Source: an uncultured Methanosarcinaceae archaeon
GTDB lineage: Archaea; Halobacteriota; Methanosarcinia; Methanosarcinales; Methanosarcinaceae
Reading direction: 5' to 3'
Length of the DNA: 64,000 bases
Assembly (NCBI GenBank): GCA_963721455.1
Contig: CAVRJG010000038.1
Location: 86,204-150,203 of the forward strand
Positions 34,110 through 43,042 of this stretch are shown here, in pieces. Within the stretch, counting starts at the first letter, position 1, and each line of letters starts with the position of its first letter. The notes beneath the pieces are model-generated. The model saw nothing but the letters and a program-made list of their open reading frames with translations. It searched no databases and had not been told where the DNA came from. Both the position numbers and the translations under genes were made by a program.

Positions 34110-34231
34110 TTTGACCCCAAAATTCTATAAACCGCACTCGTGAAACTTAGTTTGAATTTTTATTCTTAAATTTCGTCCTTTTTCTACCCGTTCATATAGA
34201 TAAAATTTATGATGTATATCAAACTATCGGA

Positions 34232-35275
34232 TCAATGCGTCAATTTTTTCAATTTTGAAAGCTCCTCTCGGGTTCCTACCGCCAGCAAAACGGAATTTTC
34301 CCGGACAACATCTTCTTCCTTAGGATCAAAGGACAGGGTTCCGCTTTTCCAGGTCCCTACAATTTTTGCACCCGTCAGGTGCTGGGTGGAAATTTCCTTA
34401 AGTGTCTTGCCTATAAGAGGGCTTTTCAGGTAGACAGGAAACTCAATGATATGGACTCCTTCAAAAATCTCAGTTGCTCCCGTAACCCGGCTTACAAGCC
34501 TGTCCATTGCCTTTTTCCCGATAAACTGCCCGAACATTGATTTGGGGGAGACAACCGTATCAGCCCCTGCATATTTAAGGTATTTTGAGTTAGACCTGTC
34601 CTCAACAATGGCAATGATGTTGATATGCTGAAACTCCCTGGCTGTCAAAACGATATTCGCATTTCTTTCATCAGATTTATTTGCAATAAGGAGTTTAGCC
34701 TTTTCTATTCCAGCATTCGTCAGTGTCTGCTTATCACTCGGAGCCCCAAAAATGCAGGGAATGTTTTTATAAACAAGTTCCCTGATCAACTCTTCTTCGT
34801 CTTCTATTATTACGAACAGCATGTCCTGCTCGGCCAATTCGTCTATCAGGGTTTCAACCAGTTGATTATATCCGCAGATAATTATGTGATCTTTCATACC
34901 GGAAGAGACCTTTCTTGGCAGCCTGAACTTGATAACTCTGTCCATCCAGGGAGTGACAACATAAGTCACAAGAAAACCCGAAATCAGAATTATACCTAAA
35001 ACCTGTATAATTATAGTAAAAATTCTTCCTGCAAGGGAAGTAAAGACCACATCTCCATAGCCCACTGTTGCAATGGTAGTTGTGGCCCAGTAGATAGCGG
35101 TGACAAGGTTTGCATTTTCGGGCTGGTTCTCAAGCACCATGAGATACTCGAAAGTCAGGATGTATATGACAAGCAGGAACACAGCAGCTATTTTATATAT
35201 AATATGGGGATTCCTGTGAACTGCCTTCCGAAACCTTGCTTTGATACTTATTTTCTTTCGCCCTGAAGTAAACAT
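34232..35275 (-). CDS. MthK-like two-TM potassium channel with RCK domains
   Basis: Selectivity filter TVGYGD, HIIICG, AGADTVVSP. Confidence 0.92.
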   Translation of the reverse strand: MFTSGRKKISIKARFRKAVHRNPHIIYKIAAVFLLVIYILTFEYLMVLENQPENANLVTAIYWATTTIATVGYGDVVFTSLAGRIFTIIIQVLGIILISGFLVTYVVTPWMDRVIKFRLPRKVSSGMKDHIIICGYNQLVETLIDELAEQDMLFVIIEDEEELIRELVYKNIPCIFGAPSDKQTLTNAGIEKAKLLIANKSDERNANIVLTAREFQHINIIAIVEDRSNSKYLKYAGADTVVSPKSMFGQFIGKKAMDRLVSRVTGATEIFEGVHIIEFPVYLKSPLIGKTLKEISTQHLTGAKIVGTWKSGTLSFDPKEEDVVRENSVLLAVGTREELSKLKKLTH

Positions 35276-35560
35276 CTTTAAAGTCCTGCCTGAACTTTCC
35301 TGATACAGATTAAGCTGAAATATCTTATAGCTGTTACTGATAGATCTATATATTCGTAGTTTAACAGAATAATTTTATGCAGAACAATTTTCTACAGAAT
35401 AATTTTTTCATGGTTAATATACGGAGAAATAAGATCTTAAAAACAAAAAGGGAAGGAAAATAGAAAGAACTGGCTGGAATGGAAAGAAGGAAAAGAAGAT
35501 AAGCCCGAAGCCTTATGGCTTTCGCGAAGGTCCGGGTTAATGAGATCATCTCAATATCGA

Positions 35561-37357
35561 TCAAAGCCATTGTCCTATGAAAGGCCCGAATATCATAAAC
35601 ATAAACGAGAACAGGATCAACATCGAAAAGCTCGCTGTTATGGAGTTTGAGATTTTTTCCGACATCAAGTCATTCCTTGTAAGGCGGTACACAAAGGAAT
35701 ATGTATAGTCCTTAAATACATGTCCTCCGTCCAGGGGTACTGCTGGCAAACAGTTAAACAGTCCAACATAGAAGTTCAGCCAGCCAACCCAGAGCAAGGT
35801 ATTTGCAATCCAGAAAATCCCGATCCCCAGAGGTTCTGCCCAGCCAACAGGATGATAAAACTGCATAATCGTGCCTGAAAAGCCTCGGAATCCCTCACCT
35901 GCAAATCCATAGATAGGAAGTCCGAAAAGAATAATCCAGCCTGCAGGCACTGTAAGCAAGGACGGAATCTGCTTGAGGGCTTCAAGATATACCTTTGCCT
36001 GCGGCATCCATATAGAGATTCCAAGCATATGCGACTCTGCGATTCCGTTATTCCCGTAGATGACTCCAAGGAAACCATGTTCATTCTCCGGGGGATTGGA
36101 AGAAAGTTGCACATTAAAAACGACAGTACCTTTTTCAGTAAGGTTGCCTGTGTAGTTTTCAGGAGACAGCAGCTCTACTTGTATGGTCTGGTTTGCCTGA
36201 GTCGCTTCCATAAAGTTTACGAAACTTGCAACACTTTGCATTTTCGTATTGTTGATCCGGATCATTGTCATCCCGGTTTCAATTCCTGCAGTTTCTGCCG
36301 GACTTCCCGGAACAATCCCTCCCACGAGCACTCCGCCAACATAATCTTCAGGGACTGAAGTGGCCTTTAAATCATGCACAGAGGCAATACCGTCTTTTAC
36401 GGCATGGATGCGAACAGTATCTCCAGGTTCGGTTGTTTCAAGATATGTTAGCAGATCCACGGCTGTGGTGACATTCGTATCGTTAACCTGCGTAATAACC
36501 ATATCTTTCTGGAGTCCTGCCAGGTCAGCCGGGGAACTTTCATTCACGCTTAAGACCATGGCATCACTCAAAGGAGCGATTGCCCCGAGTACAGGCCCGA
36601 AGAAGAGCAGGAAAGCAATAAAAGCCACGCTGAAGTTAGCCATAACGCCTGCTGCAAGGATCCGGGATCTCTGAGTCCTTGTGGCAGTTACTGCAGGCCC
36701 GGATTCCGGCTTCTCAGGTTTGGATACCTCAACTTCTCTCTTTATTTTATTTCCCTCTTCCCATTCTTCGATTTCCTCGATAGTGGCTGTCAGAGGAAGT
36801 TCTCTTTTCGTCTCTTCCTTCTTTCCGAAAAGCTGTTCATCATCAGGCTCTGCAAAACCTCCTACCGGAACCAGAGCAAGCAGGATACCCATTGATTTGA
36901 CCTTGATGCCTTCAACCCTGCAGAGAATCGCATGTGAGAACTCGTGCACAACAAGAGTGACTACGAGGGCAATAACTCCCCAGGTAAAGGGAATGAATTC
37001 GTTTACTCCAGGAATAAGCAGGATATTTCTTGGAGCATTATATTTTCCAGGTTCTGGTACGTTTCCATTAAGGAAAGAAGTATACAGCGCAAGGTCCGAG
37101 AGGGCAATGACCAGGAACATCGCAATCATGCCTGCAAACATCATTAAGATTCCAAGGTTTGCAAAGCTCCTCCAGTAACTTTTCGGGCGGGCCAGAACAT
37201 CCAGTAGTTTAAGGCCCCTGGTTGTCCTGATCATAAGGATGGGAAGCGGCCCGAAGGTGCTTATGTTATACTTCTCCAGAATGCCTCTTCTGTTAAGAAC
37301 GGAGACAAGGAACCAGTACAGTAAAAAAATACCTATTGCAATGCTTGTGCCACTCAA
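35561..37357 (-). CDS. Site-2 protease (M50) with two PDZ domains
   Basis: HEFSH, AAGVMAN, NCLPAVPLDGGH; SPADLAGL and SPAETAGI PDZ motifs; TTG start. Confidence 0.92.
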   Translation of the reverse strand: MSGTSIAIGIFLLYWFLVSVLNRRGILEKYNISTFGPLPILMIRTTRGLKLLDVLARPKSYWRSFANLGILMMFAGMIAMFLVIALSDLALYTSFLNGNVPEPGKYNAPRNILLIPGVNEFIPFTWGVIALVVTLVVHEFSHAILCRVEGIKVKSMGILLALVPVGGFAEPDDEQLFGKKEETKRELPLTATIEEIEEWEEGNKIKREVEVSKPEKPESGPAVTATRTQRSRILAAGVMANFSVAFIAFLLFFGPVLGAIAPLSDAMVLSVNESSPADLAGLQKDMVITQVNDTNVTTAVDLLTYLETTEPGDTVRIHAVKDGIASVHDLKATSVPEDYVGGVLVGGIVPGSPAETAGIETGMTMIRINNTKMQSVASFVNFMEATQANQTIQVELLSPENYTGNLTEKGTVVFNVQLSSNPPENEHGFLGVIYGNNGIAESHMLGISIWMPQAKVYLEALKQIPSLLTVPAGWIILFGLPIYGFAGEGFRGFSGTIMQFYHPVGWAEPLGIGIFWIANTLLWVGWLNFYVGLFNCLPAVPLDGGHVFKDYTYSFVYRLTRNDLMSEKISNSITASFSMLILFSFMFMIFGPFIGQWL

Positions 37358-37897
37358 GGAAATTCTCCGGAATTATTAACCTGAACCAATTTATTAACCT
37401 GAACCAATTATAAACTTTGAATTATGACTGCTGATCTACTTTAATTGTTGAGCTATGTTAAATATTAATATATTTTATCTGTATAATAAAACGTCGCCTG
37501 AATAAGGAAATTAGCACTATAATGCTTTTGATTCAATAACCTGTGATTTGTGACCATAGTCATACAGACCTTAAATAGCCATTGTTAAGTTATTGAGGTC
37601 AAATATCATTCTGTATCTGGCATTCTGCGCCAATTAACTCATTCTATTGAGCTTCAGTACTTCAATGATATAAAAATGTTATAGCGAGCTTATTACTGCT
37701 TCAAGTTCGATATATTTTAACATTCCTTTTTCAAAATATTCATGTTTCGAAAAAGGCACATATTAATACATCATAATTATATAAAAACGTATATGGAAAT
37801 TATAAATTGCCTCCATAAAGATTAATCCTGTGGTCAAAGGCGATAGATACCAGTCACATAGAAAGTAATGTCCTTTACATTAAATATTGTTCTCTAT

Positions 37898-38024
37898 GAG
37901 CGTATCTTAAAACCCATTTTCTTAATCATCAGGATTTTTCAAGATTGCTCTCAAGACTGAAACTCGATTGGTCACTCAAAAAGCGAGCTTTAAAGAAGCA
38001 AATTTTTAGTTTTGGGATCGGCTC
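37898..38024. mobile_element. ~127-bp MITE (sister copy at 44685-44815)
   Basis: Ends GAGCGTATCTTAAAAC / GTTTTGGGATCGGCTC; colinear similarity to the 44685 copy. Confidence 0.8.
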
Positions 38025-38267
38025 AATGACATATTGGGATGGCAATGGACGGAATTATGAAAATGCAAAAGTATACCGTTAATCAACACTTAATAGAAAC
38101 CATTATAAATAGCTTTCATATACACGTAATATTTCTATTATTCTGAGGAAGTGTTCCAGGCTGGTTGTCTTTTTCTGAAACTCTATAAAAATTTTAGTGA
38201 AAATAAAAGAAGTATTTTAAGGATAGAGGAATCTATCTTTAAAATCAATAATCGCGCAATTGATCTG

Positions 38268-38471
38268 TCACCATGCTACCCTATATCCGAAAACCGTGTC
38301 CTGACATCCTTGACACAGCCCAGAACTCTCGAATTCCCTCATAAACACTTCGTTTCTGAATTCGTCTTCTTCTACTCTCTCCGCACATAACGGACATCTA
38401 CATTCTTCAACTATCGAAACTTCTCGCCCAAATCCTAATGACCTTAGAAAGCTCTTTTTTTCTATGTTCAT
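38268..38471 (-). CDS. Small Cys4 zinc-finger protein (67 aa)
   Basis: GAGGTG RBS 6 nt before ATG 38471; CPLC...EFRNEVFMREFESSGLCQGCQD. Confidence 0.75.
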   Translation of the reverse strand: MNIEKKSFLRSLGFGREVSIVEECRCPLCAERVEEDEFRNEVFMREFESSGLCQGCQDTVFGYRVAW

Positions 38472-38634
38472 GTCCATCACCTCTACAATTCCATGATACA
38501 ATATGCCGCTTCCATACAACCACCCAAAAAATCAGAAGTAAAAACACAGGTGGCTCTATTCTCTCAGCTCAAATACTGAATGCTCTGTGGCATCCGTATC
38601 GACAAACAATTATGGCTGCAATGCTTGCAGTAAT

Positions 38635-38743
38635 GTTTCAATTCTTGTTTTGGGGGTCTTGCTCGCGAATTTTTATAATACAAAAGTAGTGGATCCTTCT
38701 TCTAATGTTTCAACACTTGTTTTAATTGATCTTATTCGCGTAT
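38635..38743 (-). CRISPR. Orphan CRISPR mini-array: two degenerate repeats and one 36-nt spacer
   Basis: Minus-strand repeats ATACGCGAATAAGATCAATTAAAACAAGTGTTGAAAC (37 nt) and ATTCGCGAGCAAGACCCCCAAAACAAGAATTGAAAC (36 nt); both end in TTGAAAC and resemble the Methanosarcina repeat as I recall it (ATTCGCGAGCAAGATCCACTAAAACAAGGATTGAAAC); spacer 38671-38706. Confidence 0.82.
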
Positions 38744-38760
38744 ATAACTCTACAGAAACC

Positions 38761-38775
38761 AATATAAATTTATCG
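38761..38775 (-). promoter_or_regulatory. Putative BRE-TATA promoter of the mini-array
   Basis: Minus strand CGATAAATTTATATT; TATA about 20-25 nt upstream of the first repeat. Confidence 0.55.
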
Positions 38776-38783
38776 ATTTTTTA

Positions 38784-38933
38784 GGTTCTGGTGCAAAAAT
38801 AATATTTCCACAATTTGATACTATAATTTTTACCTTTGTGTATCATTTTTCCCTTGATACTATTGATTAATTTTCCTAATTGTGAAGTTTTTCACTGATT
38901 TTTCAACAAAGCCAGATTTTTTGCACCAGAACC
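38784..38933. mobile_element. 150-bp MITE with IS6-like ends; an extra end copy at 38972
   Basis: TIR GGTTCTGGTGCAAAAA / TTTTTGCACCAGAACC; no TSD seen. Confidence 0.8.
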
Positions 38934-39316
38934 GCAAAGTACAATGCAGCTTCAAAGGATGTAACAATTAAGGTTCCGTTGCAAAAAATCTTTTCTAATG
39001 ATATAGGACTTACGCACTTGAAATACAAAATCAAGCACTTTCGGCGTTGTGACTGGTTTATTGTTTTATACAGTTGAAGGTTTAATGCAAGAGGTAAAAT
39101 TGCTTTTACTAAGTGTATGGCTGAATAGTTACCGGAATATTAGCATATCCCGACGTCCCAGATCCGGAACTTCGATAATTCTCCGGCTAGAGGATATTTG
39201 GAAGGCCGACATAAAATTATTCCAAGCATATCCTCAAAACCCGTTACAGTGGCTCTACGTAACGTACAGTAGGGTTTAATCGAGCCTTCCCGATAGTCGA
39301 CAGTCCAGCCTACCCG

Positions 39317-39577
39317 ATGTGCCGAAAAAGCACAGGCTTACCTGATGTATGGACCTGGGACTTTGGAGATGGAGCCAATTCAACCGAGCAGAATCCAATG
39401 CATATATATTCTGTAGCAGGGAATTATACGGTAATGCTTACAGCAAGCAATGTAAATGAAACGGATACGAAGACAAGAGAGATAAACGTACAAAGTAATT
39501 CCCACCCAAGCCCTGCTGGATTCAATTCTTTGCTTTTTGTAATGATTGTATTGTATCTCTTTAAAAAGTCAACCTGA
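39317..39577 (+). pseudogene. C-terminal remnant of a PKD-domain cell-surface protein
   Basis: [21 protein letters not shown]...GNYTV.LT plus a PAGF-TM-KK anchor; N-terminus missing; MITE debris upstream. Confidence 0.7.
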
Positions 39578-39802
39578 ATCCAGTGCCAGAACTGATAGAC
39601 TCGAGGTATAAGCCGTAGAAGCTCCGGGAATGCTGAGAGACAAAAGCAGGCAGTTAATCATTTTTACCTATTAAACCGTGTATCGAAGAAGAAGCGGAAG
39701 AATTGAGAAGGGATTTTACTGAAATAATTAATATAATTCGAGGACGCAAATGAATTATGAACGATTCATTTGAATAATGATTGGCGAGTGGAAATAAACT
39801 AA

Positions 39803-39896
39803 AAGCCTGTCTTAAAATTCAAACCATTTCTGCAATTGGATAATGGGCAATATTAATTTTAAATTTATATCGCAAATTTTTCCGAAAGACAGGCTC
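39803..39896. mobile_element. Short MITE remnant
   Basis: Inverted ends AGCCTGTCTT / AAGACAGGCT. Confidence 0.55.
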
Positions 39897-39958
39897 TTAA
39901 AGAATGAGCTAATTAACATGGAAATAGATATTATAAGAAAGAAAAGGAGGCGCAGAAA

Positions 39959-40213
39959 ATGGGCATATTGAAAAAGATTTTAGGCAAAGAAGAAACTGAA
40001 ACCAAAAAGGAGTCTAAAAAGGCTAACGATGATGCAAATAGAGAGAAAATGAGAACACCTTCGCCGGTAAAAACATCAATCTTTGATAAAGTTAGATCAC
40101 AAAAAGAACAGAGTGCGAAGAAGGCACCAAAAGTTAAAGCTGAACGTGTAGCACAAAAAGCCGCTCAAAAATCAGCACAAAAATCAGCACAGAAAACAGT
40201 AAAGCGCAGATAA
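39959..40213 (+). CDS. Small Lys-rich basic protein with an AQK(S/A) repeat tail
   Basis: AGGAGG RBS; 84 aa; AQKAAQKSAQKSAQK; T-rich terminator-like tract after the stop. Confidence 0.7.
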   Translation: MGILKKILGKEETETKKESKKANDDANREKMRTPSPVKTSIFDKVRSQKEQSAKKAPKVKAERVAQKAAQKSAQKSAQKTVKRR

Positions 40214-40975
40214 TTTGTTCCTTTTCTTTTTTCTCTTCAATCTCTCTCCGGAAATAGCTTAATGTTTAACCTGCTATTCTCCTGTATCAACGTTTGAATA
40301 TGGATCGTCTGCTTACGAATATTTTTTCGTTTAGCTTTCGATTTCTTTAAGAACGAACCTGGTTTTACAAATGAAGCTAAAATTATAATGAAAATACTGT
40401 AGAATTGGAAAAAACTAATTGAATAAATTGGCAATACCAGACGCCATGAACAATAAACTGAGCTTACAAACAAAAACACTATTAAATAAATACAACTGAA
40501 CAAATTAAAGAAATTTTTATCCGGAAAATTTTGCAAAGACCAGACAAATATAAGAAGTATTACCAGGACTGCGAGTAATACAAATTGACTTGCTGGATCA
40601 ACTGGGAAAAAAGGTAATAACTCAAATGAGTCTGAGATTTTAGCATCTCCTTAATTTTTGTTAATACTTTATCCCCCAAATAATGCAAATACTTCTCTAT
40701 TTTTGTTGGAATATTGGTAAGTTAGGATCAGGTGATTTTTCAGGTAATATATTCTTTCTTAGAAGAAAGGCCGCCAGCCCAGTCGTGGTGCCGAATCCAG
40801 CACCACGATAACCGACGGTGTTTCGGGATATAAATGCTGAGGCGCTTCTAGAATATCTCCGAAGTCCACCTGCCAATAATACATGATCCAGAGCAAACTG
40901 AATTCAGAAAACATAGGCAGACTAGAAGAAAAATAAATCAAAAATGAGAATAGTAAAGGAAAAATTTACTGAAAT

Positions 40976-41524
40976 TTACATAAACCGTTCAAATCTTTCC
41001 TTTTTCGCTTTACAGATAGGACAGACACCTGGCGGTTCGTCCATGGCACAGAGATATCCGCAAACTTTACATCTCCACACCGGCTTTGAAAGTTTCCCTG
41101 AAAATTCCATAGTTTCCATCATCTCGGCTCTTTTCTTTTCTTCGGCTCTTTCGGCGTCTCTCTGTTCTTGAGGGGGACGCCTTTCAGGAATCGATTCCAC
41201 TCCTTTTTCTCCCCGGATAACGTCGTCCGAAACATAGAGTGCACAGTAACAGGCTCCGTAATCGTTCAGGTCGGGATCTCTGTAGTAGCAGGGACAGACA
41301 ATGTCCAGGTCTTCTTCCAGATTATTAGCAGAAAGCCTGCAAGGGCAGGACCAGTAGCCGTACCGCTGCTCATTGGCGAGCAGCCCCCGCACAAGGTCCT
41401 TTGTGAACTCAACGTCAGGGTTGAGGTGATAGCCCGACTTTTCGACCTGGTCATTCAAACGCCTGTAAACTTTGTCCACTTCTTCTTCTGTTATGTCTTC
41501 TTCGGCAACTTCCCCTTCTTTCAA
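40976..41524 (-). CDS. fdr: Ferredoxin:disulfide reductase (FTR catalytic domain plus C-terminal rubredoxin)
   Basis: CPCR, CPC, CYC FTR motifs; CKVCG...CPICK; GGAGGAG RBS with TTG start. Confidence 0.9.
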   Translation of the reverse strand: MKEGEVAEEDITEEEVDKVYRRLNDQVEKSGYHLNPDVEFTKDLVRGLLANEQRYGYWSCPCRLSANNLEEDLDIVCPCYYRDPDLNDYGACYCALYVSDDVIRGEKGVESIPERRPPQEQRDAERAEEKKRAEMMETMEFSGKLSKPVWRCKVCGYLCAMDEPPGVCPICKAKKERFERFM

Positions 41525-41608
41525 CCCAACTCCTCCTTAAAAGCAAAAACTTTTTCTGAAAAAGTTTTATCAAAAACCAAAAACCTTTTCTTTCAGCCCA
41601 ACTCCCTC

Positions 41609-41914
41609 TTAAAAACCTAGGGCTTCACGGATTTCTTTTTCTTTAAAACCCACAATTGCTTTCTCGCCATTTATAATAGTTGTCGGGAAAGAAGCTGAAG
41701 TATTAAAACGCCTTAACTCCTCAACAGCCTGGTCTTCTTCTTCTCCTTCAAGCTTATCCACATATATAAAGTCAAAATCCACACCAAGGTCGGTAAGTAA
41801 TTTTTTTGTCCTTTTACACCATACGCAGGTGCTAAGACCATACATTACAACCTTACCCCTGTCAATTCCGGAAACGTGACTTCCTTTCTCTTTACTCTGC
41901 TTAGACAGATCCAT
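41609..41914 (-). CDS. mrx: Methanoredoxin / glutaredoxin-like protein
   Basis: CVWC active site, SFPT cis-Pro, IVGF; directly upstream of FDR. Confidence 0.88.
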   Translation of the reverse strand: MDLSKQSKEKGSHVSGIDRGKVVMYGLSTCVWCKRTKKLLTDLGVDFDFIYVDKLEGEEEDQAVEELRRFNTSASFPTTIINGEKAIVGFKEKEIREALGF

Positions 41915-42132
41915 TAAATAAACCCCCGGCCACGATAAAGTTATGGCAGTACGTCTATGAGTACTTTACTTCGGAATAACATTTTACGCCGAGTCTGCCG
42001 GAAATTGAAGACTCGACAGACTATGGGTTCTGTAAACTGCTTATAATAAAACATAGACCAAAGTATATAAAATTTGGACATACTTACGTGAATGCCAGCA
42101 AACAGCCGTACAGAAAATTAGCAATAAAATGA

Positions 42133-42197
42133 TAAATACAGTTAAACAAACGTTAAATACAGTTAAACAAACGTTAAATACAGTTAAACAAACGTTA
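42133..42197. repeat. 21-bp tandem repeat x3
   Basis: taaatacagttaaacaaacgt repeated three times. Confidence 0.9.
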
Positions 42198-42337
42198 ATT
42201 CCTGAATCGGGCCGAAATCTCCACTCTGAAACCCAAAAAAGAGCAGGAGTATTACCCTGCCCTGTTTCTCAAATTTGTCTATTTAATCAAATTCGTCTAT
42301 TAATTTTGTTGTACTACCCCGAGCATCCGGTGAATTC

Positions 42338-43006
42338 TTATTTTATCAACCCCATCCGGGAATACCAGTCGTAGTCATGGGCAAACCGCTCTTTATTGAA
42401 TTTTGCAAGCTGGCAAAAATACTCCCTATGCTGGCGGTGAAATTCATCCTGGTCCGGATATTTGATTTCTCCGCGGATTGACTTTACCAGCGTCTTCCCA
42501 AGATCCTGTGCAGTCCCTGTAGACTGCTGGAGTGCAGAGGGATCTCTTCCGACCATAACGCCAATGCCGCCGACAACGGTAACGCCAAGATTCATGAGCA
42601 CACCGTTCATATATGACATCACATCATCCTGGCCGCTTCCTCCTGCCGTACACACGGAGCAACCGAATTTTCCGGTCAGCATCTGGCAGTGAATAGCATC
42701 CGAAAGCCGGTCGAAGAAGGCTTTCATGGGAGCAGGAACCGAGTTAATGTAATTCGGAGCGCCCAGGACAATTCCATCGGAATTCATGATCCTGTCAAAA
42801 AGATCGGTGAAATCATCGAATAAAGGGCACTCACCGGTAGCATAGCAGGCTCCGCATCCGGTACAGTATTCTATATGCAGTTTGTAGAGATCTACCAGTT
42901 CGGTTTCCGCTCCTTCGGATTCAGCACCTTTGAGGACAGATTTTACCAGCTGCAAGGTATTGCTTTCATTACCCTTCGGACTTGAATTGATTCCAATAAT
43001 TTTCAT
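42338..43006 (-). CDS. Iron-sulfur flavoprotein (Isf-type flavodoxin family)
   Basis: NSSPKG.SNT, CTGCGACYATGEC (CX2CX2CX5C), GAPNY; GGAG RBS before ATG 43006. Confidence 0.88.
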   Translation of the reverse strand: MKIIGINSSPKGNESNTLQLVKSVLKGAESEGAETELVDLYKLHIEYCTGCGACYATGECPLFDDFTDLFDRIMNSDGIVLGAPNYINSVPAPMKAFFDRLSDAIHCQMLTGKFGCSVCTAGGSGQDDVMSYMNGVLMNLGVTVVGGIGVMVGRDPSALQQSTGTAQDLGKTLVKSIRGEIKYPDQDEFHRQHREYFCQLAKFNKERFAHDYDWYSRMGLIK

Positions 43007-43042
43007 AATTATCTCCTTAAACAAGTAAGATCAGATAACGTA

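Noticed and set aside
40759-40770. TTAGAAGAA match to the mini-array spacer seed
   Set aside because: Only 9 nt in AT-rich DNA, and it recurs near 32855; expected by chance
40759-40941. 60-aa ORF and a 9-bp hairpin (40783-40808) as a gene or ncRNA
   Set aside because: No RBS or motif; one hairpin is insufficient evidence
42133-42197. 21-bp x3 repeat and ORF 42129-42374 as a CRISPR or a gene
   Set aside because: Head-to-tail repeat with no spacers; the ORF is a by-product overlapping the Isf gene end
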